Shown: piece after piece, positions 17,025-26,613 of the stretch
Numbering within the stretch: the stretch's first letter is position 1
How the letters are laid out: each line of letters starts with the position of its first letter
NCBI GenBank assembly: GCA_963735035.1
Contig: CAVTJJ010000006.1
Coordinates: 64,001-128,000, forward strand
Length of the DNA: 64,000 nt
Reading direction: 5' to 3'
Source: an uncultured candidate division Zixibacteria bacterium
Lineage (GTDB): Bacteria; Zixibacteria; MSB-5A5; GN15; FEB-12
Position numbers and translations under genes: made by a program
Notes under the pieces: generated by a model
The model's database searches: none
Seen by the model: only the letters and a program-made list of their open reading frames with translations
Told to the model about the DNA's origin: nothing

Positions 17025-20000
17025 ATGAGGAAGACCATGACAAAAGGTATTGACAAGCAACTGGCCGCCATAGTTCAAATGGCTGTGGTTCTGCTGGTTA
17101 CAGTGGCTATTGGACAGCCGGCCCTGGCCCAGACCCCGGGACTATCCGGTCTATCGATAACATCGTCTTTGGGAACTAACTCGGTCGACGATGCAATTCA
17201 ATGCACATACACGCTAAACGGCTCGGCGACGACCGCCGCGGTGGCCTGGTACCGAAACACCCAGCCGGCCATGACCTTGTATATGCCTTTTGAAGGCGGC
17301 GCGACGGTCGGTCTGCAGGACTTCTCCGGCCGTGGCATGACTCCGGTCGCTTTTGGCGCGCCCACCTGGTCGGCGACTGCCGGGCGTGGCTCTACCGGGG
17401 CGTTTCAGTTTGCCGGATCGAGCTACATCAACGCCGGCAACGCCTTTCCGACGAGCTCCTCCTATTCAGTGGTATTGTGGGCCTATCCGACGAGCCTGGT
17501 CCAAACGATGGTTCCGCTGGGCAGCAGCGCCGCAAGTTCACCCGGCCATTCGCTGCGAATTGGTCTCGACGGCAAATTGACCGCCGGACACAACGGCAAC
17601 TGGCGTATCGTCACGACCGGCACAGGCGAAATCCTGATCAACAACTGGTACCTGCTTGGCGTGACCTATGACAATACTACGCATGCTATGACTCTGTACA
17701 AGAACGGCCAGCCTGTTGACACCGCGATTGTAGCCCCTTCGGAAATGGTCGTCAACGATGCCACGGTTCAGATCGGTGCGCTGCAGGGGATAGGCCTGTT
17801 TCGCGGCACTCTCGACGATGTACGCATTTACAACGCCGTCATAACTCCCGAACAGATGGCGGTGCTGTACGCGGCTGGCGGGCAGAATAGAATCTCCTCG
17901 AGGGAGAATCATGTTGGCGATGTCTGGGAGGCGCGGGTGACGCCGTTCTCGTCCTCAGCGGCGGGGACGACTGTAGCGAGCAATGACATCACTATCGTTG
18001 CGACTTCACCTGTGATAACGAGTACCGCTGTGACTGCCGGGATAGCCGGGAAGAAGTACAGCTACGAAGCCGATGCTACCGGTGGACCGCGCCCGACTTT
18101 CTCACTCTTGTCCGGTCCGACCGGAATGACGATTGATGCCGCCACCGGGCTGGTGACGTGGACGGCGACGACCGAAGGGAGCTACCCGGTTTCAATTTCG
18201 GCCGACAACAGCCAGGGGACCAATATACAGAGTTATAGCATCACGGTAGTGGCCCCGTCGGTGGGCGTGGCCAATGTGGTCATATCCGCCAATGCGGGTG
18301 GCGACCTTCAATCGTCTAACAGCCTTACCTTGAACGCGACGACTTCAGCCACCGCCTGGCTGAAGAACGGCCAGCCTTTGATGAGTCTGTTTATGCCGGC
18401 TGAGGGCGGTTCCAAATACGCTCTTGAGGATTATTCCGGCAGCGACCGGACACCCGTTGCTATAGGCAACCCGGTGTGGATGCCGACCGGCGGACGCGAC
18501 GGACACGGCGCCTGGCAGTTCGACGGGAGCAGCTATATCTTCGCCGGTAATTTCTTTCCGCTTCATTCATCGTACACCAAGGCGGCCTGGATCTATCATA
18601 CCGTCAGTGGTGAGTTCAATCACATCTTGTCCAGTTGGGACCACAACATTACCGGCACCGAAGGCCATGGGATGCGGGTCAGCTTTGACAATCGCCTGAG
18701 CGCCGGACAAAACGGTGATTGGCGTATTGTGCAGAGCGCTGCCGGGGCGATTTCACAGAATCGCTGGTATTTCGCCGCGGTGACTTTCAACTATGCCACC
18801 AGCGAAATGACTCTCTATATCGACGGTGTCCCGGTAGACACGACCATTGTCGACGCCGCTCATCGGGATGTCTCCGACGCCGGCGTTCTGGTCGGCGCCA
18901 CCCAGGGAGCTTTCGCCTGGAAAGGCATGCTCGACGACGTTCGACTGTACAATTACTCTCTGACCCCGCAGCAGATTCAGAACCTGTACACAGCCGGGGG
19001 AAGCCGCATACTGGCATCCGATACGCAAGACGGCCAGACCTGGCAGAGTCAAGTGACCGGTTTCTCGAGTACTGAAGCGAGCGTGCCGTTTGCATCCAAT
19101 GTTCTGACAATCGGTGTCACCAACCAGCCGCCGGTACTTGCGACAATCGGACCGCGTTCGGTGCAAGAGACCTCAACGCTAACCTTTACGGTTTCGGCCT
19201 CCGATCCTGACGCGACCGTGCCAACCCTTTCGGCGACTCCGCTGCCTACAAATGCAACGTTCGTAGATGCCCACAACGGCACCGGCTCGTTCAGCTTTAC
19301 GCCGTCGTATACTCAGGCAGGAACTTATAATATCTGGTTCATTGCGAGCGATGGTCAGGCGGCGGATTCTGAACTCGTCGCAATAACCGTAAGCAATTTG
19401 AACCGACCGCCGGTATTAGCGACTATAGGAAGTCAGACCGTGGCGGAAGGATCAGTCCTCAGCCTCCTGGTATCAGCAAGTGATCCGGATGGCGACGCGA
19501 TGGTAATGTCGACCGGGACGCTTCCGGCCAATGCCAATTTCGTGGATGGCGGCAGTGGTCAGGGGACTCTGACTTTTGCACCGTCTTATCTGCAGGCGGG
19601 TATCTACAACGTCTGGTTCCGCGTATTCGATCCGGCCATGGCGGGTGATTCGGAATTGGTCCAGATTACGGTCACCGATACCCCACAGAACGCTCTGTGG
19701 TTGGCGACTTTCAATGTCCAGGGCCAGACGGTCGGGTCGGCAGTTACTACTGCCGACGTGCAGCTTGGAGTCCAGATGTCGGCACAAATGTCCTGGGCGA
19801 GTCCGGCACCGCCGCAGTATACGGCGGCACTGGCCATCCGTGACGCCGACAGCGGCGGGCCGTATTTCCGCGACGTGCGCAAGTTCGGCGGCGAGTGCTA
19901 CTACTGGGTGCTCGAAATCGATCCACACGGCAATGTCGCGCCACCGACAACCAGTCGTTGCGCCACTCTCAGTTGGAATCCGGCCGAATTCAGCCCCGAC

Positions 20001-21332
20001 AATAATTACGTTCTCCGCGATGGCCTCGGTCCGAACGGAGCCGTTCTGGTTGCCGACATGAGGGCGACCACTTCGTACCAGTTATGCGATGTCCAGACCC
20101 CTCGCTATGTCACAGTTCACTGGGAGTCAAATGCCTGCGCCGGGCAGTCGTTTGCAACTTTGTCGCTATCGGCTGGTTGGAATCTGATCTCACTACCGGT
20201 GACGCCGTCATCGCTGCTCTTGTCTGACATAATTCCCACGGCGGAAATAGCTTTCGAATTCAGCGGCAGCTACCATGAAGTCACCACTCTCCAGACCGGG
20301 GTGGGGTACTGGGTGAAAGTCCCGGCCGCGACCGCGGTTGTGCTGGTCGGCGTACCGGTCACAACGGTAACGTCTACGTTGACTACCGGCTGGCATTTGG
20401 TTGGTGCCCCGGATTGCAGTGCTACCCCTCAGACGGTTCCGCTGGGGGCGCTGCAGGAGATGTTCGGATTTGCCGGTGCGTATTCGCCGGCCACGCAAAC
20501 CACTGCCGGAGCCGGTTATTGGGCCAGGATCAGTCCGGACTGCACTTTCGATCTCGTCTGTGCTGCTCCGTCGCCGGCGAGACCTCTGGCCGGCGCCGTT
20601 GCTACGGACAGTCGACTGTCAATCAAGGCTGAGCGTCTCGTCAATGGTCTCGTTGGCGATGCCTTTGTCGAGCTTGGCACCGGAGCGACTTCGTCATCTC
20701 TCGATGCTCCTCCGGAGGCGCCGCAATACGCTGTTAAACTGAATCTCTATCGCTCCGAATGGAACGGGCCGTACTATAGTGACATTCGCACTGCTTCAGA
20801 TAATGACAATCTCTGGATTCTGGCCGTGAATCCATGTGGTAACGAGGGTGGTACCGGTTCACGTACAGTAGTACTATCATGGGATCCGAGTATGATGGGC
20901 GACCAGAAGTATGAACTTCGGGCGGGATCCGATGGCACCGGCGAAGTCGTGATAGCTGATATGAAAACCGACACCAGCGTGACTGTTACCGGCGACAATC
21001 GCGATCAGTTCTTTTCCGTGGTGCTCACCTCGACCGTCGCCGATGCCTTACCGTCGCAGTATGAGCTGAGCCAGAACTATCCCAACCCTTTCAACCCGAG
21101 CACTCAGATATCGTTCGGGATGCCGGGATCGGGCCATGTACGCCTCGAAGTCCTCAACATTCTCGGCCAGCATGTCGCCACGCTTCTGGATCAGAATCTG
21201 GGGGCCGGCACTCACAATATCACGTGGGAAGCCACTGACGACGGCGGCCACTCGGTTGCGAGCGGCGTGTACCTCTATCGGTTGACAGTCGGTGAATTCA
21301 GCAGCGTCAAGAAGATGGTGCTCTTGCGCTGA
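17025..21332 (+). CDS. Large secreted protein: two LamG/concanavalin-like domains, He_PIG/cadherin-like Ig repeats, C-terminal FlgD/T9SS-type sorting domain
   Basis: Signal peptide; MTLY..G.PV and G.LDDVR.YN twice; PTGMTIDAATGLVTW; N.PPVLATIG...SASDPD twice; YELSQNYPNPFNPST...SGVYLYRL...KKMVLLR. The start may be a downstream Met. Confidence 0.88.
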   Translation: MRKTMTKGIDKQLAAIVQMAVVLLVTVAIGQPALAQTPGLSGLSITSSLGTNSVDDAIQCTYTLNGSATTAAVAWYRNTQPAMTLYMPFEGGATVGLQDFSGRGMTPVAFGAPTWSATAGRGSTGAFQFAGSSYINAGNAFPTSSSYSVVLWAYPTSLVQTMVPLGSSAASSPGHSLRIGLDGKLTAGHNGNWRIVTTGTGEILINNWYLLGVTYDNTTHAMTLYKNGQPVDTAIVAPSEMVVNDATVQIGALQGIGLFRGTLDDVRIYNAVITPEQMAVLYAAGGQNRISSRENHVGDVWEARVTPFSSSAAGTTVASNDITIVATSPVITSTAVTAGIAGKKYSYEADATGGPRPTFSLLSGPTGMTIDAATGLVTWTATTEGSYPVSISADNSQGTNIQSYSITVVAPSVGVANVVISANAGGDLQSSNSLTLNATTSATAWLKNGQPLMSLFMPAEGGSKYALEDYSGSDRTPVAIGNPVWMPTGGRDGHGAWQFDGSSYIFAGNFFPLHSSYTKAAWIYHTVSGEFNHILSSWDHNITGTEGHGMRVSFDNRLSAGQNGDWRIVQSAAGAISQNRWYFAAVTFNYATSEMTLYIDGVPVDTTIVDAAHRDVSDAGVLVGATQGAFAWKGMLDDVRLYNYSLTPQQIQNLYTAGGSRILASDTQDGQTWQSQVTGFSSTEASVPFASNVLTIGVTNQPPVLATIGPRSVQETSTLTFTVSASDPDATVPTLSATPLPTNATFVDAHNGTGSFSFTPSYTQAGTYNIWFIASDGQAADSELVAITVSNLNRPPVLATIGSQTVAEGSVLSLLVSASDPDGDAMVMSTGTLPANANFVDGGSGQGTLTFAPSYLQAGIYNVWFRVFDPAMAGDSELVQITVTDTPQNALWLATFNVQGQTVGSAVTTADVQLGVQMSAQMSWASPAPPQYTAALAIRDADSGGPYFRDVRKFGGECYYWVLEIDPHGNVAPPTTSRCATLSWNPAEFSPDNNYVLRDGLGPNGAVLVADMRATTSYQLCDVQTPRYVTVHWESNACAGQSFATLSLSAGWNLISLPVTPSSLLLSDIIPTAEIAFEFSGSYHEVTTLQTGVGYWVKVPAATAVVLVGVPVTTVTSTLTTGWHLVGAPDCSATPQTVPLGALQEMFGFAGAYSPATQTTAGAGYWARISPDCTFDLVCAAPSPARPLAGAVATDSRLSIKAERLVNGLVGDAFVELGTGATSSSLDAPPEAPQYAVKLNLYRSEWNGPYYSDIRTASDNDNLWILAVNPCGNEGGTGSRTVVLSWDPSMMGDQKYELRAGSDGTGEVVIADMKTDTSVTVTGDNRDQFFSVVLTSTVADALPSQYELSQNYPNPFNPSTQISFGMPGSGHVRLEVLNILGQHVATLLDQNLGAGTHNITWEATDDGGHSVASGVYLYRLTVGEFSSVKKMVLLR

Positions 21333-21351
21333 CCTTTGATTCGAACACCTT

Positions 21352-21390
21352 AAAGGGAGTGACCCGAACGGTCACTCCCTTTCTTTGTTT
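21352..21390. terminator. Rho-independent terminator between convergent genes
   Basis: AAAGGGAGTGACC-CGAAC-GGTCACTCCCTTT with a T-rich tail. Confidence 0.88.
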
Positions 21391-21417
21391 GGCTGAACGC
21401 CTGTGCCCAAATGCCCT

Positions 21418-22164
21418 TCAGACGTTCGAATACAGCGTGAAGTGGTAGCCCCAGGTGCTCATGTCGACGACCCTAACGAATCCGGGATGTCGGGCAATCA
21501 CTTCGTTGTGCTCCGGGCTGTAGTATCCGATTATGACCTTGCGGGGACTAGATTGAATTGACCGTGATATATTGTCCAACACTCGATTCAGGACGACGTC
21601 GTCGAACGGGTTGAACATGACATAGACGGTCTCATCAGGTCTGATCGGGTAATCGACCACGTCCGACTCGACGACCCGGAATTGCGTCTCTGTTCGCACC
21701 GAGCGACTATATTTGTCGCAGTTGAGTCGGGCGATTTTGCACAACTCAGGAGCGAATTCCACGCCCCGTGCTTCGGTAAAGCCGAATTCCGACGCTATCA
21801 GCAAGACCCGTCCTTTGCCGGAACCCAGGTCAACGGTCACGCCTCCATGGGGGATCAATCGCCGAATCTGCTTGAACATCCTTCTGAGGAGCACGATCCG
21901 AGCCGGTTCATAGCGCACGCCGCGAACTTTGTTTTCACTGCGAATGCTGAGGTCTTTGAGGAGCATCCAGCGGCAGGTATCGGTGCCGTGACGGATGTCG
22001 AACCAGTGATCTACCAGCGCCACGTAGACCTTCAGCAGGGTGATCTTGAGGCCATGACGCTTGAGGGTTCTCAGTATTCTCTGAAGCACAGAATTTCCGG
22101 GACCACGAGTTTCAACCACCGCCTTTTCGGACGGGTAGGAAACCACAAATCCAGGTCCAGTCAA
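21418..22164 (-). CDS. Class I SAM-dependent methyltransferase
   Basis: VDLGSGKGR motif I, GVEFAPELC and MFNPF. Confidence 0.85.
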   Translation of the reverse strand: MTGPGFVVSYPSEKAVVETRGPGNSVLQRILRTLKRHGLKITLLKVYVALVDHWFDIRHGTDTCRWMLLKDLSIRSENKVRGVRYEPARIVLLRRMFKQIRRLIPHGGVTVDLGSGKGRVLLIASEFGFTEARGVEFAPELCKIARLNCDKYSRSVRTETQFRVVESDVVDYPIRPDETVYVMFNPFDDVVLNRVLDNISRSIQSSPRKVIIGYYSPEHNEVIARHPGFVRVVDMSTWGYHFTLYSNV

Positions 22165-22493
22165 CCATAAATGTTGTTACGGCTCGGCTCGCACCTCTTC
22201 ACAAGGACAACAACGGTCGCACTGGGAAGGCGTTCGTCGAATTCCAGAAGATATTCTCCTGAAATGGGAACATAGAGCAAGTACATCCAAGTTACAAGTA
22301 TAGCGATTGTTGACAGGTTTGTCTGTCGACGTCAGGCAGGTCAGCGTCGTCCCACACCTTGAATTCCTTTGAATACAGCTTTCCTGCCTGAACCGTTGCT
22401 GGGCTACAAACTGCAGAAGGCGAACGTAAATAGGTTTGGTCGTCTACCAGCCGAAAAGTAATTGTTATCGATATTCCCCCAGGAGGTTACGAA

Positions 22494-23501
22494 ATGCCAC
22501 GGAACGTTAAGGCGATTGTTGCTCTGACCTTTCTGATAAGTCTGGGGCTCTTGCCGACAGCCCATGCCACGATTCGCAATATCAACGTCGGTAATTTCTT
22601 CTTCACGCCGCTCCACACAGTCGCGAATATTGGTGACACAATCCAATGGACCTTCGTGTCGGGCATCCACAGCACAACTTCTGATGTGACCTCCCCAAAG
22701 TCGTGGGACTCGGGTACGAAGAGCTCCGGGACATTCCGTATCGTGCTAACCCGCGATGATCGTCCCGGCCCATTCCCGTACCATTGCTCTGTGCACCCTC
22801 TTATGATGATCGATACCATATTCGTTTCGCCGACTCACGATGGAGATGGTGACGGGATCGTAGACATTCACGATAACTGTCCGTTTGTGGCAAACCCGGC
22901 TCAGCAGGATAGTGACGGTGACGGCATAGGTGACATCTGCGACAACTGTCCTGCGATAGCCAATGCCAATCAGTCTGACGTCGATTTGGACGGCATAGGG
23001 GATGTTTGCGACAACTGCCCGTCGATCGCGAACCCACTGCAGACTGACACCGACGGAGACGGTATTGGTAATGCCTGCGATAATTGTCCGACGGTGGCGA
23101 ATCCGCTGCAAACTGACACCGACGGAGACGGCGTAGGTGATGTATGCGACAATTGCCCTACGGTCGCGAATCCACTGCAGACCGATACCGACGCGGACGG
23201 CATAGGAGATGCATGCGCCGGCTGCTGTGTCGGCCGAGTGGGCGACGCGAACGGTTCGGGAGAGGACTTGCCAACGATAGGTGATATCAGCGTCATGATC
23301 GATGCCAAATTCATAACCGGCGTCTGTATCGCATCGGGTCCGGGGGCAAACATTCGGTGTCTTGCAGAAGCTGATATGAACCTGTCGGGCGGTGCCAATC
23401 CGACCTGTGACGACATAACGATCGGTGACATATCAATGTTGATAGACGATCTGTTCATCACCGGTGAGCCTCCGTACGTGAGAAATGTCTGTCCACTATA
23501 A
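22494..23501 (+). CDS. Secreted cupredoxin (plastocyanin-like) protein with TSP type 3 repeats and a dockerin-like domain
   Basis: AGGAGG RBS, signal peptide, FTP...GDTIQW...HSTT...[11 protein letters not shown] type-1 copper motif, DxDGDG.GD.CDNCP repeats, [11 protein letters not shown] module. Confidence 0.85.
   Translation: MPRNVKAIVALTFLISLGLLPTAHATIRNINVGNFFFTPLHTVANIGDTIQWTFVSGIHSTTSDVTSPKSWDSGTKSSGTFRIVLTRDDRPGPFPYHCSVHPLMMIDTIFVSPTHDGDGDGIVDIHDNCPFVANPAQQDSDGDGIGDICDNCPAIANANQSDVDLDGIGDVCDNCPSIANPLQTDTDGDGIGNACDNCPTVANPLQTDTDGDGVGDVCDNCPTVANPLQTDTDADGIGDACAGCCVGRVGDANGSGEDLPTIGDISVMIDAKFITGVCIASGPGANIRCLAEADMNLSGGANPTCDDITIGDISMLIDDLFITGEPPYVRNVCPL
22839..23216 (+). repeat. Coding tandem repeats (TSP type 3, 69-bp/23-aa units)
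   Basis: [27 protein letters not shown] units, about five copies. Confidence 0.88.
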
Positions 23502-23736
23502 TTCGGCCCTGCTTGATGGTCTGTTGTCCAACTTTGGGCCGCCCGGTTTCAGGGCCGGGCGGCTGCTTACCGTCATGGTCCGATTTAGGTGACTTTAGGT
23601 TGTTGAAATGGCATTCACCGGGGTCGTTTAAGCCGGGGGAACGTTCTACCGATACTGATATAGGGGGAAGGTACCGCGTCGGGTGACCCGGGTTGTCGCC
23701 TGTCGTCCATTTGCAAACAACTGGAGTCAAATCGGC

Positions 23737-25344
23737 ATGACGAAGAGAATTATCAGCAATTTTGGGTTGGAGAATCACGGTCTGACTAATCTCGGCAAGG
23801 TTCACTGGAACCACAACACGCCGATGCTCTACGAGGAAATTATCAAGAACGGCGAGGGCTCCCTCTGCCACCTCGGCCCGATACTGGTCAGGACCGGTCT
23901 GCACACGGGACGGGCGGCCAAGGACAAGTTCATCGTGGAAGAACCGGAAAGCCGCGGTCGGGTCTGGTGGGGCAAAGTCAACAAACCGTTCGCCTCGGAG
24001 AAATTCGATCTGCTCTTCCGCAGGCTTCAGGCCTACCTTCAGGGGCGGCACCTCTATGTTCAGGATTGCTACGCCGGGTACGATCCGAAATACCGTCTGC
24101 CGGTCCGAATCGTTACGGAGACCGCCTGGCACAATCTGTTTGCTCGAACCATGTTCATCCAGGCTAATCCGCTGGAACTCGGCGAACACGTTCCCAAGTT
24201 CACCGTCATCCACGTTCCGAATTTTCACGCCATTCCGGAGATTGATGGCACGAATTCAGAAGCCTTTATCATTCTGAATCTGAAGCGTCGGATCGTCCTG
24301 ATCGGCGGGACGTCATACGCCGGCGAAATAAAGAAGTCGATCTTTACCGTCCTCAACTATCTGTTGCCGCAGGAGAACGTTCTGTCGATGCACTGCAGCG
24401 CCAATGTTGGGTCGGGCGACGATGTCGCGCTGTTTTTCGGTCTATCCGGAACCGGCAAGACCACTCTTTCGGCCGATCCGAACCGGAAGTTGATCGGCGA
24501 CGATGAGCATGGCTGGAGCGCCGATGGCGTTTTCAACTTCGAGGGGGGGTGCTACGCGAAGGTCATCAAGCTGTCGCGGGAATCCGAGCCCGAAATCTTT
24601 GCGACAACTCGTCGATTCGGGACAATTCTTGAGAATGTAGGCATCGACCACGTTACGCGCCGACTCGATCTGAGTGATCAATCGCTGACCGAAAACACTC
24701 GTGCCGCCTATCCGCTCACTCATATTCCGAACGCCCTGCGCGAATCGATGGGGGGACATCCGAGAAATATCATCATGCTGACGGCCGATGCGTTTGGTGT
24801 TCTACCGCCGATATCGAAACTGTCGCCGGAGCAGGCGATGTATCATTTCATCTCCGGTTATACGGCTAAGGTCGCTGGGACCGAAGCGGGGGTGAGCGAG
24901 CCGACGGCGACATTCTCAGCCTGTTTCGGTGCTCCGTTCATGGTGCTACATCCGTCGCGTTACGCCGAACTCCTGGCAGATAAGATCCGCCGTCACAAGG
25001 TCAACTGCTGGCTGGTGAACACCGGCTGGTCGGGCGGGGAATACGGGGTGGGCCAGCGTATGGAAATCAAACACACCCGTGCCCTCTTGAACGCGGCGCT
25101 CGACGGTACTCTCAACCGGGCCCGCTACGAAACCGATCCGACTTTCGGTCTGCAGATTCCCGGGGCCTGCCCCGGAGTGCCGGCGGCTATTCTGAACCCA
25201 CGTAATACCTGGACGGACAAAGAGAAGTACGACCAAAAGGCGCAGCATCTCGCGACGATGTTCGTGGAGAACTTTCGCCAATTCGAGGATCAGGTATCGG
25301 ACGAGGTCAAATTGGCCGGTCCGCGAAGTGCTGCACTAGTGTAA
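23737..25344 (+). CDS. pckA: Phosphoenolpyruvate carboxykinase (ATP)
   Basis: TGRAAKDKF, YAGEIKK, MHCSAN, FFGLSGTGKTTLS, LIGDDEHGW, NFEGGCYAK and ENTRAAYP motifs. Confidence 0.97.
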   Translation: MTKRIISNFGLENHGLTNLGKVHWNHNTPMLYEEIIKNGEGSLCHLGPILVRTGLHTGRAAKDKFIVEEPESRGRVWWGKVNKPFASEKFDLLFRRLQAYLQGRHLYVQDCYAGYDPKYRLPVRIVTETAWHNLFARTMFIQANPLELGEHVPKFTVIHVPNFHAIPEIDGTNSEAFIILNLKRRIVLIGGTSYAGEIKKSIFTVLNYLLPQENVLSMHCSANVGSGDDVALFFGLSGTGKTTLSADPNRKLIGDDEHGWSADGVFNFEGGCYAKVIKLSRESEPEIFATTRRFGTILENVGIDHVTRRLDLSDQSLTENTRAAYPLTHIPNALRESMGGHPRNIIMLTADAFGVLPPISKLSPEQAMYHFISGYTAKVAGTEAGVSEPTATFSACFGAPFMVLHPSRYAELLADKIRRHKVNCWLVNTGWSGGEYGVGQRMEIKHTRALLNAALDGTLNRARYETDPTFGLQIPGACPGVPAAILNPRNTWTDKEKYDQKAQHLATMFVENFRQFEDQVSDEVKLAGPRSAALV

Positions 25345-25363
25345 GTTGAATTATCGCAATCTC

Positions 25364-25394
25364 AGGCGCACGGGCTTTGGCTCGTGCGCCTTCT
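25364..25394 (+). terminator. Probable pckA terminator
   Basis: AGGCGCACGGGC-TTTG-GCTCGTGCGCCT hairpin with a short T tail. Confidence 0.65.
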
Positions 25395-25557
25395 ACATTT
25401 GGGCCATAAGCTCATCATTTTCGTCTCGCTTCCCCATAAGCACTCCTAACTAAACAATCCGGCAGGACGGTCGATATGAGATAGTATAGTCCATCTGTCG
25501 GCGCTGTAAAGCGCGGATGAAACCAGAACAAAACGAACGAAAATAGAACAGTAGACC

Positions 25558-26448
25558 TTGCGTAAGCAGTTCGTGGCCGATCCATGGGGGGATCACCCGT
25601 CTGAGAACGATGTCCTGATCTTCAGTTCTGTCTATCAGCAGGTTCTGGAAACCGTGGCAAGCGGAGTTCTCATAATCGGTCTGGATTACCGCCCCGTGTA
25701 CGCTAACCGCGCCTTCTGCGAGATGACCGGCGTCTGTAAGAAAGATGCGCTGAGGCTGAATTGCCACGAGGTTTTTCCCGGTCCCCAATGTAACCATGAC
25801 GAATGTCCGTTGCGCCGTGTTATCGCTGGAGAAAATCGGTTTGTCTGTGAAATCCGCAAACCGAAGGCGGACGGAGTCATTATGCCGTTTCGGGTAACCG
25901 TAACCGGGGTCAAAGAACACTCGGGAACAACGGTCGCAGCAGTTCTGGAGTTTGTAGAATTACACGAAGTCCAGTTGGCCGAACAGAACTTGGACATTCA
26001 GCTTCGCAAGTTGGAGATTCAGAAACATCTCCTGGCTGAAAGAGAAATTGCCATCCGACATTTAGCCAAAGGCGTTGAAGCTGAACGGGAGCGTATTGAA
26101 AGACGATTCCATAACAGTTTCAACTCAATCGTGAGCCCTCTTCTCAAAGTGGCCATCTCCGAGGCCCACGAGCCGCTTCGAAGCAAGCTGCAACTCATAG
26201 CCGAAAGCATCAAAGACATTGCCTCGCCGCTTCTGGACGAAAATGATGCTGGAATGACCAGTCTCTCACCCCGCGAGATCGAAATCTGCAACATGGTCCG
26301 CCGTGGTCTCGGCTCCAAAGAAATCGCCCGAATACTCACCATCGCCGAAGGCACGGTGGAGCAGCAGCGAAAACGGATTCGACGCAAGCTCGGTTTGAAG
26401 GGCACCCCGACGAATCTGTCATCCCATCTGCGGGCCGCAAAGCGATAG
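25558..26448 (+). CDS. PAS domain LuxR-family transcriptional regulator
   Basis: YANRAFCEMTG PAS signature with CHEVF...C...CP; C-terminal LSPREIEICNMVRRGLGSKEIARIL...TVEQQRKRIRRKL HTH. Start uncertain. Confidence 0.88.
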   Translation: MRKQFVADPWGDHPSENDVLIFSSVYQQVLETVASGVLIIGLDYRPVYANRAFCEMTGVCKKDALRLNCHEVFPGPQCNHDECPLRRVIAGENRFVCEIRKPKADGVIMPFRVTVTGVKEHSGTTVAAVLEFVELHEVQLAEQNLDIQLRKLEIQKHLLAEREIAIRHLAKGVEAERERIERRFHNSFNSIVSPLLKVAISEAHEPLRSKLQLIAESIKDIASPLLDENDAGMTSLSPREIEICNMVRRGLGSKEIARILTIAEGTVEQQRKRIRRKLGLKGTPTNLSSHLRAAKR

Positions 26449-26613
26449 CCCTCCTGTTTGTTTCCAACACTGCCGTTCGAGAGTAGGAAATCCCTTCCGG
26501 ATACATCTTGTATCCAGTGCATATCCGGGAATGATACCGCCACGTCTACGTTCGATAGTCGATAATTGAGATAATATTTGGAGTTTTGAGTACCTCGAAA
26601 GGAGGAGCCCCCC

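Noticed and set aside
22332..22460. Possible riboswitch upstream of the cupredoxin gene (TCAGGCAGG/CCTGCCTGA repeat, GTCTACCAG motif)
   Set aside because: Only a 9-bp inverted repeat and a fragmentary resemblance to purine-riboswitch sequence; the required stems could not be built.
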